64,000 bases of DNA from an uncultured Chloroflexia bacterium. GTDB taxonomy: Bacteria > Chloroflexota > Dehalococcoidia > UBA2979. Numbering within the stretch: the stretch's first letter is position 1; each line of letters begins with the position of its first letter. The stretch covers positions 1,408,001-1,472,000 of the forward strand of contig CAVSIV010000006.1 of the NCBI GenBank assembly GCA_963728205.1, given 5' to 3'. The translations under genes and the position numbers were made by a program. This document shows positions 18,434 to 28,637 of the stretch, one piece after another. The notes below the pieces were generated by a model. It was not told where the DNA came from. It did not search any database and saw only the letters and a list, made by a program, of their open reading frames with translations.

Positions 18434-19066
18434 CTACCGGCCGCCGTTCGAATCCGGCTCGGCGGCGTCTGGCGGCTCGGCGGCGTCTGGCGGCTCGGTG
18501 GCGTCGGCGAGCGGGTCCGGGGTCGTGGCGACGCCGGGGTGCTCCTTGCGGAACTCGTCCTGGAACGCGTTCACGGCGCCGCGCAGCGCGGGCGGCGTGG
18601 CGGCCTGCGCGTAGACCTGGACGCCGCGCTGAGCCGCGCGGCGGATGTCGTCCTCGTGCTCCTTCGCCAGCCGGACGGCGTCGCGCGCGGCCTGCTCGAC
18701 GCGCGGCCGCGCCGCCTCCACGCGCTCGCGCGCCTGCTGCGCCGCGCGCTCCACGTGCGGCCGCGCCGCCTCCACGCCCTCGCGCGCCTGGCGCGCCGCG
18801 CGCTCGACGTGCGGCCGCGCCGCCTTCGCACCCTCGCGCGCCTGCCGCGCGCCGATCTCCGCGGCGTCCGCCGCGGACCGCGCCAGCCGTCGCAGCGCCC
18901 CGCCGAACGACTCGGACGGGCGCGCGGGAGGCGGCTCGGACGGCGTTTCGCTCGCGTCCGCGGGGCGCGGAGCGCCCGGCGCACCCGCGTCCGCACCCGA
19001 CGCACCCGGCGCGGCCGGCTCCGCCGGCTCGCCCGGGCGCTCGTCGTCGCGCCGCTCGTCCGTCAC
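18434..19066 (-). CDS. Hypothetical protein with 18-aa amphipathic helical repeats
   Basis: About three copies of AARPHVERAARQAREGVE, and DAAEPP repeats at the C-terminus. Confidence 0.6.
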   Translation of the reverse strand: MTDERRDDERPGEPAEPAAPGASGADAGAPGAPRPADASETPSEPPPARPSESFGGALRRLARSAADAAEIGARQAREGAKAARPHVERAARQAREGVEAARPHVERAAQQARERVEAARPRVEQAARDAVRLAKEHEDDIRRAAQRGVQVYAQAATPPALRGAVNAFQDEFRKEHPGVATTPDPLADATEPPDAAEPPDAAEPDSNGGR

Positions 19067-19088
19067 GGCAGGCTCACATCCCCGGCGG

Positions 19089-19421
19089 TCAGCCCGCCGC
19101 TTCGCGCTGCTTCGCGGTGTTCAGCGCGCGGACCAGCATCCCCTTCTCGGGGATCGGCTTCCAGCCGGCGGGCGAGTTGTAGTAGCGGCAGCCGGCGCTC
19201 GTCTCGTCCGGCTCGCGCTCCTGGTACTCGACGTCGAACCCGTTGACGCGGATCGTCGGCGAGCCGAGGCACTTCGTCTCGAGCGCGTCCTCCTCGGTGC
19301 GGATCACCGACTCCTTGACCTCGACGTCCGACAGGCCAACCTCCGCGAGCGCGTCCTTGAGCAGCGCCCGCGCCTGGTCGTGGTGTCCGCAGCGCTCGGC
19401 CAGCTGCAGCGTGATCTCCAT
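19089..19421 (-). CDS. Small thioredoxin-fold protein (DUF2703 / alkylmercury-lyase-associated type)
   Basis: N-terminal Cys (ERCGHH), GSPTIRVNG and CRYY motifs. Confidence 0.7.
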   Translation of the reverse strand: MEITLQLAERCGHHDQARALLKDALAEVGLSDVEVKESVIRTEEDALETKCLGSPTIRVNGFDVEYQEREPDETSAGCRYYNSPAGWKPIPEKGMLVRALNTAKQREAAG

Positions 19422-19570
19422 CGTGCTCCTCTTCTCCTGCCTGCCGGTCGGGCCCCGCGGCTGCCCCGGTCAGATGGTCTGCGTCGCGCCGGCGCCGGGC
19501 CCGTGCCCCCCCGTCGGGACGCCATGATGCCAGCGCGCCCCGCTCGCGGGAAGTGCCGAACGGCGATGTC

Positions 19571-20071
19571 TCAACGCCCGTCCACGACGTGCGCGCGCCA
19601 CGCCGCGACGACCTGCGCGTCGTGGGGGAACGGCAGGTCGGGCAGCGCGTCGACGGGGAAGTACCCCACCGCAGTCGCCTCGTCGCCCGGCGCGGGCTCG
19701 CCCGCCACCGGCGCGCCGGCATACGCGACGAACACCACCTGGTTGCCCGGCTCGCTGTACACGCCGAGCAGCCCGTCGAGCCGCACCTCGACCCCGGTCT
19801 CCTCCCACACCTCGCGCCGCGCGGCGTCCTCCACGACCTCGCCGGCGTCGACGAAGCCCGATGGGAACGCCCACCGCCCCATCGCCGGCTCGTGGTTGCG
19901 CTGCACGAGCAGGATCTCGTCGCCGCGCGCGACCACGACGCCGACCGCGACCTTCGGATCCGGGTACCACGTGTAGTCGCCCGCCGGGCAGGCCGGCCGC
20001 TCGCCCGGCGCCGCCGCGGGGATCGCCGTGCCGCAGCGCGGGCAGAAGCGGGCGGGCGGCGGCAGCGGCAT
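19571..20071 (-). CDS. NUDIX hydrolase with N-terminal Zn-ribbon
   Basis: FCPRCG and Nudix box GFVDAGEVVEDAARREVWEETG. Confidence 0.92.
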   Translation of the reverse strand: MPLPPPARFCPRCGTAIPAAAPGERPACPAGDYTWYPDPKVAVGVVVARGDEILLVQRNHEPAMGRWAFPSGFVDAGEVVEDAARREVWEETGVEVRLDGLLGVYSEPGNQVVFVAYAGAPVAGEPAPGDEATAVGYFPVDALPDLPFPHDAQVVAAWRAHVVDGR

Positions 20072-20096
20072 CGGCGCGTCCCCTCGGCTCGACGCG

Positions 20097-20849
20097 CTAG
20101 CGGAACAGCACGACGCGCCGGAACGCCTCGACCGAGCGGCCCGACTCGTCGCGCCACATCGTGCGCATCTGCTGGATGAACGCGTCGTCGCTCGGGAACT
20201 GGCTGGTGTGCGCGAGCAGCGCGGCGATCTTCGTCTCGACGACGTCGCTGATGTCGGCGTGGAAGTTCGGCTCGTTCGCGCCCCACAGGTAGAGCTCACG
20301 GACCTTATGCGGCTGCAGGCCGTCGGCGATCTGCTCGGGGAAGTTGAGGCGGTCGCGCGCGGTCGGGTAGACGGCGTCGACGGTGGCCAGCCCGGTGAGC
20401 CGGTGGTCCGAGTGGTTCACGAACGCGTTGCGGATGATCACCGGCTCGGGGTCGTGCGTGTAGACCGCGAAGGGGCGGAACTCGCGGATCTCGCGGGTGA
20501 TCGCGCCGAGCAGGTCGCGCGAGTAGACGAGCTCGCCGTCGGTGAAGCCGAGGAAGCGCACGTCGCGCACGCCGAGGAGGGTTGCGGCGTCGCGCTGCTC
20601 CTGCTGCCGCGTCGTCACGAGGCGCTCGGGCGTGAAGGCCGGGTCGTCGGAGCCCTTCGAGCCGTCGGTGGCGACGAGGTAGCGCACCTCCCACCCGGCA
20701 CGCGCGAGCAGGGCGGCGGTGCCGGCGGCGCCGAAGTCCGCGTCGTCCGGGTGGGCCGCCACGACGAGCGCCCGGCGCAGCTCGCCGGCCGACTCGTCCG
20801 GCTCGCCCGGCGCCTCGTGTCCGAACAGGTCCTCGAGGCCGCTCGCCAT
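20097..20849 (-). CDS. PIG-L/LmbE family deacetylase
   Basis: AHPDDADF, TDGSKG, HSDH and KIAALLAHTSQ motifs. GGAGG RBS. Confidence 0.9.
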   Translation of the reverse strand: MASGLEDLFGHEAPGEPDESAGELRRALVVAAHPDDADFGAAGTAALLARAGWEVRYLVATDGSKGSDDPAFTPERLVTTRQQEQRDAATLLGVRDVRFLGFTDGELVYSRDLLGAITREIREFRPFAVYTHDPEPVIIRNAFVNHSDHRLTGLATVDAVYPTARDRLNFPEQIADGLQPHKVRELYLWGANEPNFHADISDVVETKIAALLAHTSQFPSDDAFIQQMRTMWRDESGRSVEAFRRVVLFR

Positions 20850-21265
20850 CGCTCCTCCGCTTCCGTCGCTCGCGTGGTCGCCGCGGGGCCATGCTAGCGC
20901 CGTTGCCGCGCCGGCCGCCGCGCAGGTAGCCTGCCGCCGAGCCGGCGGCACTCCCATGCGGCACAGCGCATCGGCCCGCGGCCCGGTACGGCCGCCGGCC
21001 GACTTGCCCGGCTCGGGTGGGGAGACGAAGCGCCCGGCGGGCTCGCCGGGCCGCCCCGCGGGAACTGAGCCGCCGGGGAATGCACGCGGCTCGCTAGGAA
21101 CGCCGACGTGCGCGTCACGCCGCTGAGGCGCGAGGCGATGCACACGATCCCTCGACGTGGGCGCAGCGGCATGCGCACGGCCGGCCGCGGGCGGCGTGGC
21201 GACTGCGAGCGCGAGTGCCACGGGCGGCGCCGCCCGCTTGACGCCGGATTACGCGCGCGGGTACT

Positions 21266-21288
21266 GTTCCGAACAGAACATATGTGTC
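21266..21288. promoter_or_regulatory. Putative degenerate SOS box upstream of lexA
   Basis: AT-rich patch with AGAAC-ATAT-GTGT (one perfect GAAC half-site of the Gram-positive/Chloroflexi GAAC-N4-GTTC box) and an adjacent GTTC-C-GAAC. Confidence 0.45.
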
Positions 21289-21353
21289 GTGTGGCGCGAC
21301 ACGGGCCGGGGCCCGCGCCCCGGTGGTGGGCGGCGGGTACGAGGAGACGCGAC

Positions 21354-21998
21354 GTGGCAGCGGACGATCTGTCCCCGAAGCAGCGGTCAATCTTCCAGTT
21401 CCTGGAAGACTTCATCTCCGAGCACGACTACCCGCCCTCGATCCGCGACATCCAGAACGGGTGCGACATCTCGTCGACGTCGGTCGTGGACTACAACCTG
21501 AAGCGACTCGAAGAGAAGGGCTACATCCGCCGTGACCGCGAGGTCTCGCGCGCGATCGAGCTCCTCAACGGCCAGGGCGAGCGCCGGCGCCGCACCATCA
21601 ACGTCCCGCTGCTCGGCAAGATCGCCGCCGGTCTGCCGATCCCCACCCCGCCCGACACCGTCACGCCCGGCGCCTACGACGACACGATCGAGCTCACCGA
21701 GGAGCAGACCGGCGGCAACGACCGCGTGTTCGCGCTGCGCGTCGAGGGCACGTCGATGATCGACGCGCTCATCAACGACGGCGACATCGTGGTGCTCGAG
21801 CCGGTCGACACCTGCGACGACGGCGAGATGGTCGCGGTCTGGCTGAAGGACGAGAACGAGACGACGCTGAAGAAGTTCTTCCGGGAGGGCGACCGCGTCC
21901 GCCTGCAGCCGATGAACTCGACGATGGCGCCGATCTACACGCGCGCCGACAACGTCGAGGTGCAGGGCCGGGTCGTCACCGCGATCCGCTCCTGGTAG
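21354..21998 (+). CDS. lexA: SOS repressor LexA
   Basis: YPPSIRDI...SSTSVVDYNL wHTH, IAAG cleavage site, GTSMID catalytic Ser and TTLKKF catalytic Lys. GAGGAG RBS. Confidence 0.97.
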   Translation: MAADDLSPKQRSIFQFLEDFISEHDYPPSIRDIQNGCDISSTSVVDYNLKRLEEKGYIRRDREVSRAIELLNGQGERRRRTINVPLLGKIAAGLPIPTPPDTVTPGAYDDTIELTEEQTGGNDRVFALRVEGTSMIDALINDGDIVVLEPVDTCDDGEMVAVWLKDENETTLKKFFREGDRVRLQPMNSTMAPIYTRADNVEVQGRVVTAIRSW

Positions 21999-22134
21999 CA
22001 CGCAGCGCGCCCGTGCCGCGGCGAACGGCGGGCGTCAGCCCGCTGCTCGCGCCCGGCGTCAGACTGCCTCGCACGGCCCGCCGCCGTGCCGATCGCACGG
22101 GTACCCACTTCGGGCCGGTAGTACGCTCACGCGG

Positions 22135-23154
22135 ATGACTGCGATGCCCGCTGACCCCCCCGCCGAGCGCACGCCGATCCTGTCCGTCTCCCACCTCTCG
22201 GCCCATTACCAGACCGAGGAAGAGACGATCCCCGCGATTCGCGACGTCTCGCTCGAGCTCTACCCCGGAGAGGTGCTCGCCGTCGTCGGCGAGTCCGCCG
22301 CCGGCAAGAGCAGCGTCGCACACGCCATCCTCGGGCTCCTCCCGTACAACGCGACGATCGACTCGGGAGACATCCGGCTACACGGCCGGTCGCTGCTCGA
22401 GTTGCCGCCCGACGAGCTCCGCCGCGTGCGGGGATCGCAGGTCGCGATGATCTTCCAGGACGCGCTGAGCGCCCTCACCCCCACGCTACGCGTGGGCGAG
22501 CAGCTCGCCGAGCTGTTCCGCGCGCACCGCAGCCTCGGTCACCGCGAGGCGAACGAGGAGGCGCGCCGCGTCCTCGCGCCGATCTTCCCCGACGTCGACC
22601 GCGTGCTCGACGCCTTCCCGTTCCAGCTCTCGGGCGGCATGGCCCAGCGCGTGATGGTGGCGCTGGCGACGGCGCTCGAGCCATCGGTCGTGATCGCCGA
22701 CGAGCCCACGGCGAACCTCGACCCCGGCGTGCGCATGGAGACGCTCGACCGGCTCGAGCTCCTGCGCGACCGCGAGCATGTCGCGATTCTCCTGATCACG
22801 CACGACTTCGGCGTCGTCGCGCGGCTCGCCGACCGGGTGGCCGTGATGTACGCGGGCGAGATCGTGGAGACCGCCGACGTGCGCACGATCTTCCGCAGCC
22901 CCAAGCACCCCTACACGTTCGGGCTGCTGCAGAGCCTGCCGAGCATCCAGACGTCGGGCCGGCTGGTGATGATGCCGGGCCAGCCCCCGGACCTGGCGGA
23001 GCTGCCGCCGGAGTGCCCGTTCCTGCCGCGCTGCCGCAAGGCGATCTCGCAGTGTCGAATCGATCCGGCGCCGAGGTTGCTGCCGGTGGCCGGCAGCGCC
23101 GAGGGCCACCGGGTGGCCTGCTTCAACCCGATGGCGGTTCCGCTGCGGGAGTGA
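22135..23154 (+). CDS. Oligopeptide/dipeptide ABC transporter ATPase (OppD/DppD-like)
   Basis: GESAAGKS, LSGGMAQR, ADEPT, PKHPYT and C-terminal CPFLPRC...C...AC motifs. Confidence 0.92.
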   Translation: MTAMPADPPAERTPILSVSHLSAHYQTEEETIPAIRDVSLELYPGEVLAVVGESAAGKSSVAHAILGLLPYNATIDSGDIRLHGRSLLELPPDELRRVRGSQVAMIFQDALSALTPTLRVGEQLAELFRAHRSLGHREANEEARRVLAPIFPDVDRVLDAFPFQLSGGMAQRVMVALATALEPSVVIADEPTANLDPGVRMETLDRLELLRDREHVAILLITHDFGVVARLADRVAVMYAGEIVETADVRTIFRSPKHPYTFGLLQSLPSIQTSGRLVMMPGQPPDLAELPPECPFLPRCRKAISQCRIDPAPRLLPVAGSAEGHRVACFNPMAVPLRE

Positions 23155-23163
23155 CGGCCCGGG

Positions 23164-24195
23164 CTACACGCGCGCCCGCCGGCGGCCGACCATCGACGCC
23201 AGGCGGATCGTGAGCAGCTCCAGCGCGAGCACATCGCCGAGCTTGCCGGTCTTCACCAGCTGGTCGCTGCGCTCGATCTCGCGCAGTGCGGTCTCCGCGG
23301 CCTCGCGGTCGACGCCGCGTGCCTGCCGTACCAGCTTCCCCAGCGCGAAGTTGTTGCGCACGCCGGTCGCCTCGCCGATCGCCTGCTCCGACTCGCCGCG
23401 CTCGAGTAGTTCCGTCGCCCGCACGAGGTGCCGCACCTGCCGCGCGATCATCGCCTGCAGGTACGACGGCGTCTGCGAGCTCTCCTCCAGGATCTGCCGC
23501 AGCACGCGGAGCGCGACCGGACCGCGTCCCTCGACGACGGCGTCGACGAGCGCGAAGACCGTCTCTTCGCGCGCCTGCGGGCTGAGCAGATGCACGTCGT
23601 CCGCGGTGATGCGGCGGTCGCCGGCATACATCGCGAGCTTCTCGAGCTCGACCGCGAGCATGCGCAGGTTCGCGCCGATCAGCTCGACGAGCGCCGCGAG
23701 CGCCGGGGCGTCGATCGCGATGCCCCGCTCGTGCGCGCGGGCGATGAGCCACGTCTCGACCTCGCTCGACTCCCCGCGGCGGCCGTAGGTGCGCAGCTCC
23801 GAGAACTCGGTCACGGTGACGTTCGGCAGGTTGCGCAGCGCGCGCAGGACCGGCGAGCGGCCGACGCCGCTGTCGCGCCCGCCGGGCGGCTCGAGCAGCA
23901 CGACGTGCGTCGTCTCCGGCATCTGCGGCACGAAGTCGATGAACGGCTGCCAGGTGTCCACGACGCCGCGCCGGCTGCCGAGCGCCGAGAGCAGCCCCTC
24001 GACGATCACCAGGCGCGACGACGCGAGGAAGGGGAGCGCCGCGGCGTGCTGCGTGAGCGTCTGCGGTGTGAGACCGCGCGCGCCCAGGACGCTCGTGTTC
24101 GTCGCAAGCATTCCGTCGGTATCGAGCGACGCCTTCAGCGCGCGCAGCGCCTCGCTCGCGCGGAACTCGTCGCTCCCGTAGAGGACGTGCAGCAC
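23164..24195 (-). CDS. holA: DNA polymerase III delta subunit
   Basis: HVLYGSDEF, ALPFLASSRLVIVE, ELEKLAMY, VFALVDAV and DQLVKTG motifs. Confidence 0.9.
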   Translation of the reverse strand: MLHVLYGSDEFRASEALRALKASLDTDGMLATNTSVLGARGLTPQTLTQHAAALPFLASSRLVIVEGLLSALGSRRGVVDTWQPFIDFVPQMPETTHVVLLEPPGGRDSGVGRSPVLRALRNLPNVTVTEFSELRTYGRRGESSEVETWLIARAHERGIAIDAPALAALVELIGANLRMLAVELEKLAMYAGDRRITADDVHLLSPQAREETVFALVDAVVEGRGPVALRVLRQILEESSQTPSYLQAMIARQVRHLVRATELLERGESEQAIGEATGVRNNFALGKLVRQARGVDREAAETALREIERSDQLVKTGKLGDVLALELLTIRLASMVGRRRARV

Positions 24196-24239
24196 GTCAC
24201 GCGCTCCCGCGGCGCAACGCCGCCCGCGCGACGACCGCG

Positions 24240-24500
24240 TCAGTCAATGTCGAGCTGCCAGCCGAAGAAGGCGACGACCGTCACCAGCACGAAAATCCCG
24301 GCGCCGGGCCAGAGGACCGCGGGGAGGAACGACGCGCCGGCCGTCGCCGCCTCGAAGGCCGCCCAGCCGATCGCGGCGATCAGCCCCGGCAGCGGCAGCC
24401 ACCAGGGGAAGCGCGGGTCGTCGTCGTTGACCAGCGCGGCGCGCAGCAACTCCCGCGCGCTGAGGTGGCGGCCCGGTTCTCGCGGCTTCGAGTCGTTCAT
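24240..24500 (-). CDS. Small membrane protein
   Basis: Two hydrophobic segments, ends FFGWQLDID. Confidence 0.6.
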   Translation of the reverse strand: MNDSKPREPGRHLSARELLRAALVNDDDPRFPWWLPLPGLIAAIGWAAFEAATAGASFLPAVLWPGAGIFVLVTVVAFFGWQLDID

Positions 24501-24635
24501 CAATCCCCCGCCCGGAAGGGCTGCGCCCATCCTAGGGGCGGGCTCCCGGCGCCGTCGAGGCGGCCCCGTCAACGTACCTGCCTGCGCGGGCCGGCCGCCC
24601 CGCCGGACGGCAAGCGGCACACCTCGTCCGAACGC

Positions 24636-24728
24636 TCAAGCGGCGGCAGATATCCCGCCGACAGGGACGCGGACGCAGTCCGCGGCTGGCGCCGCGCTTC
24701 TGTCGGCGGCATATCTGCCGCCGCTTTG
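24636..24728. repeat. Inverted REP doublet (REPIN-like, family 1)
   Basis: CAAGCGGCGGCAGATATCCCGCCGACAG ... CTGTCGGCGGCATATCTGCCGCCGCTTTG. Confidence 0.88.
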
Positions 24729-24761
24729 GCCTCGCCGCCCGTCGCGCGTCGACCGCCGGCC

Positions 24762-25976
24762 TCACGCCGCGGTCGCGCTCGGCGCCGGCTCCGTCGCCAC
24801 GTCGCCCGCCCCGAGCCACAGCGCGAACGCGCCGGCGCTGAGCGCCGCGAACACGATCCCCGCCGCCGCCAGCGCGCCGCCGAGGCCGATGCCGTCGACC
24901 AGCGCGCCCACCGCGACCGTGCTCGCGATGTTGGCCAGCGACGCCATCACCGCGCCGATCGAGATGGTCGTCGCGCGCAGCTCGTCGGGCGCGCGGCGCG
25001 TGATGAAGTCGATTACGTGCACGTAGAGCACGTTGAAGGTGATCGACGGCAGGATGAAGAGCGGGTAGAGCCACGGCACCCCCGACGCCCCGGCGAGCAG
25101 CGCGAGCGCGCCGAGCAGCGGCATCAGCAAGAACGTCGCCGGCAGCCCGAGCCACCGCTTCATCGGCGCCGCGAGCAGGCTCCCCACCGTCGAGAGCGCC
25201 AGCGGCGCGGCGACGAACAGCCCGAGCGTCCACAGCGGCACGCCGTAGCCCGCGACCACCGGCTGCATCGACACCCCCATCGTGACGATGCCCACCTGCC
25301 CCAGCGCGAGCAGCAGGATCGCGCTCCACATCGCGCGCGAACGCCGTACCGCGCGCAGCGCCTCGCGGCCCGTCGCCCCGAAGCCCGGGCGCTCGGCGCG
25401 TCGCGGCGGCTCGGTCGTGCGCCACGCGACCGCGATCGCGGGGACGCTCGCGACGCCACTCAGCACGATCGGCACCCACAGGGGCACCCAGTGCACCATC
25501 GCCGCCCCCGCGACCGTGAAGAACGCGATCCCGGCCGTCTGCTGCGCGTTGAAGCGCCCCATGAACGGCGCGAACTCCGCCTGCCGTCCCAGCGGCCCGA
25601 GCGTGTCGAACAGCAGCGCGCTGTTCGCGCCCGACTGGAACGCCTCGGCGATGCCGAGCAGCGCGTACGCGCCGAGCAGCAGCCAGAGGCTCGCGCCCGC
25701 CCCGAACGCGAAGAACGCCGCCACGCCGACCGTCGTACCGACGACCAGCGAGAGGCGGCGCCCGTAGCGGTCCGCGAGCATGCCGGTCGGGACCTCGGCG
25801 GCGATCTGCGCCGCCGAGAAGGCCGCTTCGAAGAGGAAGACCTCGCCGAGCGTGAGGCCGCGCTCGCGGGTCAGGTAGATGACCCAGATCGCCTCGCCGA
25901 ACCACGTCCAGCGCAGCACCCACCACCACGGCAGCAGCCGCAGGTTGCGTTCGAGCGGCGCGCGGTCGAATGACAT
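24762..25976 (-). CDS. MFS transporter
   Basis: EVPTGMLADRYGRR and FQSGANSALLFD motifs; multiple transmembrane helices. Confidence 0.9.
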   Translation of the reverse strand: MSFDRAPLERNLRLLPWWWVLRWTWFGEAIWVIYLTRERGLTLGEVFLFEAAFSAAQIAAEVPTGMLADRYGRRLSLVVGTTVGVAAFFAFGAGASLWLLLGAYALLGIAEAFQSGANSALLFDTLGPLGRQAEFAPFMGRFNAQQTAGIAFFTVAGAAMVHWVPLWVPIVLSGVASVPAIAVAWRTTEPPRRAERPGFGATGREALRAVRRSRAMWSAILLLALGQVGIVTMGVSMQPVVAGYGVPLWTLGLFVAAPLALSTVGSLLAAPMKRWLGLPATFLLMPLLGALALLAGASGVPWLYPLFILPSITFNVLYVHVIDFITRRAPDELRATTISIGAVMASLANIASTVAVGALVDGIGLGGALAAAGIVFAALSAGAFALWLGAGDVATEPAPSATAA

Positions 25977-26165
25977 GCGCGGGAGCGTAGGGCTTCGAAA
26001 CGGACCGGCGCGCGCTTCGAGCGGCATCCGGCAAGGATGCTGAGTCGTGGCAGCCGGTGCCGCGCGATCGCGTTGTCGGCGGATGGGCGCTGGGCGCCGG
26101 CCGGCGCTTCGCTCAGCAGCGTTGCCCGCTGCCGCTCGAAGCACGCGGGTGCGGGCCCGGCGGGG

Positions 26166-26924
26166 CTACGGGAACAGGTCCAGCTCCAGCTCGCGCACGA
26201 TCTCGCGCGAGCTGCCCTCGCCGCGGTCGTAGTCGAAGCCGCGCACGATCGCGGCCGGCACCGCCGCGACCTTGCCCATCACCATCTCGGCGGCGCCCGC
26301 GATCTCGTCGGCGACGCACAGCTGCGTCACGCGCATCTCGCGCCCGTCCATGTCGGGCAGCCCGATGTACGACCGCATGGGCAGCATCCCCGCCACGCCG
26401 ATCGCGACGTTCGTCTGACCGTGCCGCCACGGCCGGCCGAACGTGTCGGTCACCACCACCGCGATGTCGACGCCGAGCCGCTCGCGCGCCGCCTCGCGCA
26501 GCGCGCGGCACGAGGCATCGGGGTCGACGGGCAGCAGGCAGATCACGTCGCCGCCGCCGACGTTCGATGCGTCGACGCCGGCGTTCGCGCACTTCAGCCC
26601 GTGCCGCGTCTCGGTGATCAGCACGCCGCGCACCTGGCGGATGACGCGCACCGACTCGCGCAGCACGGCCTCCACGACGCGCGGGTCCTTCTCCATGCGC
26701 TCGGCGTAGTCGCGCGCGAAGGCGCTCGGCTCGAACTCGCTCAACGGGCGCAGCCGGTCCTCGGCGCGCGAGACCACGCGCTGCGTCACCGCCAGCACGT
26801 CGCCGTCCTGCAGCGGCGTCCCCTGCGCCTCCGCCGCCGCGAAGAGCTGGCCGGCGAGGTCGTCGCCGGCGCGCACGATCGGGATGCCCGTGACGCCGAT
26901 GACCCGAAACTCCGGTACCGCCAT
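26166..26924 (-). CDS. cofE: Coenzyme F420-0:L-glutamate ligase
   Basis: GIPIVRAGDDL, DGDVLAVTQRVVSRAE, CANAGVDASN and DTFGRPWRHG motifs. Confidence 0.95.
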   Translation of the reverse strand: MAVPEFRVIGVTGIPIVRAGDDLAGQLFAAAEAQGTPLQDGDVLAVTQRVVSRAEDRLRPLSEFEPSAFARDYAERMEKDPRVVEAVLRESVRVIRQVRGVLITETRHGLKCANAGVDASNVGGGDVICLLPVDPDASCRALREAARERLGVDIAVVVTDTFGRPWRHGQTNVAIGVAGMLPMRSYIGLPDMDGREMRVTQLCVADEIAGAAEMVMGKVAAVPAAIVRGFDYDRGEGSSREIVRELELDLFP

Positions 26925-26967
26925 GGTGCCCTCGCGATTGCCCGCGTCGACGTTTTCGACTGCCGCT

Positions 26968-27645
26968 TTACCGGGACGGGTGGTCGTCGAGGCCGACCAC
27001 GCGCACGTGGCTGTGCGTCTTGTAGCGGCCGTTGATCCCGATCAGCAGGATCGTGATGCCCTCGACGAAGCGCGAGAAGCGTAGCGGGCCGGCGTCGACC
27101 GCGCGCGCGCCGTCGATCTGCGCGGCGAGCGCCATCACCGCCTGCTTCGCCTCGGCGTCGTTGCCGGTGACGAGGACGTCGGCCGCGACCGGCGCGTCGG
27201 GGTCCGCGAGCACCTCCGCCGAGAGGTTGTGGAACGCGCCGACGACGCGCGACTCCGGCAGCACCGCGGCCGCCTCCTCGGTCGCCGAGCCCTCCGGGAC
27301 GTCGACCGGGCGCGGGCCGCGCTCGAAGCGCACCGGCACCGCCGCGTCGATCACGATCTTCCCGGCGAGCGCCTCGCGCAGCGACTCGAGCGTCGCGCGG
27401 TGGCCGGCGTAGGGGACGGTGACGATGACGACGTCGGCGCCGGCGACGGCGGCCGCGTTGGCGTCGCCGCTGATGGCGCCGTGCGTGCGTTCGACGAGCG
27501 CGCCGGCGAGCTCGGCGGCGACGGCTGCGCCGCGCTCGGCCTCGCGGCTGCCGATGACGACGGCGTGCCCCGCGAGCGCGAGTCGCGTGGCGAGCCCGCG
27601 CCCCTCGGGGCCGGTGCCGCCCAGGATCGCGATGGTGTGGGGCAT
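26968..27645 (-). CDS. npdG: NADPH-dependent F420 reductase
   Basis: GGTGPEGRGLA, GSREAERG, EGSATE, VVGAFHNLSA and LLIGINGRYK motifs. Confidence 0.93.
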   Translation of the reverse strand: MPHTIAILGGTGPEGRGLATRLALAGHAVVIGSREAERGAAVAAELAGALVERTHGAISGDANAAAVAGADVVIVTVPYAGHRATLESLREALAGKIVIDAAVPVRFERGPRPVDVPEGSATEEAAAVLPESRVVGAFHNLSAEVLADPDAPVAADVLVTGNDAEAKQAVMALAAQIDGARAVDAGPLRFSRFVEGITILLIGINGRYKTHSHVRVVGLDDHPSR

Positions 27646-27667
27646 GTCGTGACTCCGATCTCTTCTG

Positions 27668-27783
27668 GGCGCGCGGCAGCCCTCAGGGCTGCCGTGGACC
27701 GTGGCTGCCTCCGCGGCGAGCGGGCGGCTCCCTCCCGGGAGTGGCGCGGTCTGGACATGGCGGGCCTGAAGCCCGCCGCGCGC
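27668..27783. repeat. Inverted REP doublet (family 2)
   Basis: GGCGCGCGGCAGCCCTCAGGGCTGCCGTG ... CATGGCGGGCCTGAAGCCCGCCGCGCGC. Same family as 57041-57146. Confidence 0.75.
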
Positions 27784-27872
27784 AGTCCTGCGCGCCGGGA
27801 CCGCGGGCCGAGCGGCGCATATCCTCGCAGCACCGCGACTCGCCCGGAAGGGGGCCGCCGGGAAGGCGACGG

Positions 27873-28637
27873 ATGACAGCCCTGGACACCCTCGCCGTCG
27901 ACGTCCGCTCCCTCGCGCACCGCTACGACGCGGACGCGGGCGGGCTGCTCGCGCTGCGCGACGTGGACCTGGCGCTGCGCGACGGGGAGTTCGTGTCGCT
28001 CGTGGGACCGTCGGGGTGCGGCAAGACGACGCTGCTGCGCATCGTCGCCGGGCTGCTCGCGCCGGCCGCCGGGCACGTCGCGGTGCTGGGCCGCCCGCCC
28101 GCCGCCGCCCGCTCCGACCACGCGTTCGGCCTCGTGACGCAGGACCCGGGGTTGCTCCCGTGGCGCACCGTCGCCGCGAACGTGCGCCTCTCGCTGGACG
28201 TCACGGGCGCCCGCGGCGACGTCGGTGCGCTGCTCGCGCTCGTCGGCATCGAGCGCTTCGCCGGCTACTACCCGCGCCAGCTGTCCGGCGGCATGCGCCA
28301 GCGCGTGGCGCTGGCTCGCGCGCTCGCCCACGCGCCGCGGCTGCTGCTGATGGACGAGCCGTTCGGTGCGCTCGACGAGCTCTCGCGCGAGCAGATGCGG
28401 CTCGAGCTGCTGCGCGTCTGGGAGCAACGCCGCACCTCCGTCCTCTTTGTCACGCACTCCATCCGCGAGGCGGTGCTGCTGTCCGATCGTGTCGTGGTGA
28501 TGAGCGGCTCGCCGGGCACGGTCGTCGACGACGTGACGGTGCCGCTGGCGCGGCCGCGCGTGGCCGCGCTGGAGGCGGAGCCCGCGTTCGCCGCGCTCGT
28601 GGCGCGCGTGCGCGCGGCGCTCGAGGCGGGCGCCTGA
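27873..28637 (+). CDS. ABC transporter ATPase (NitT/TauB/SsuB type)
   Basis: GPSGCGKTT, LLPWRTV, LSGGMRQR and MDEPFGALD motifs. Confidence 0.93.
   Translation: MTALDTLAVDVRSLAHRYDADAGGLLALRDVDLALRDGEFVSLVGPSGCGKTTLLRIVAGLLAPAAGHVAVLGRPPAAARSDHAFGLVTQDPGLLPWRTVAANVRLSLDVTGARGDVGALLALVGIERFAGYYPRQLSGGMRQRVALARALAHAPRLLLMDEPFGALDELSREQMRLELLRVWEQRRTSVLFVTHSIREAVLLSDRVVVMSGSPGTVVDDVTVPLARPRVAALEAEPAFAALVARVRAALEAGA

Noticed and set aside
20860-21250. ncRNA or small gene between the PIG-L gene and lexA
   Set aside because: Several GC hairpins are present, but no recognisable RNA family motif or convincing ORF.
27650-27872. TPP or FMN riboswitch ahead of the NMT1/THI5 ABC operon
   Set aside because: No recognisable consensus. 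The hairpins belong to the family-2 REP doublet.
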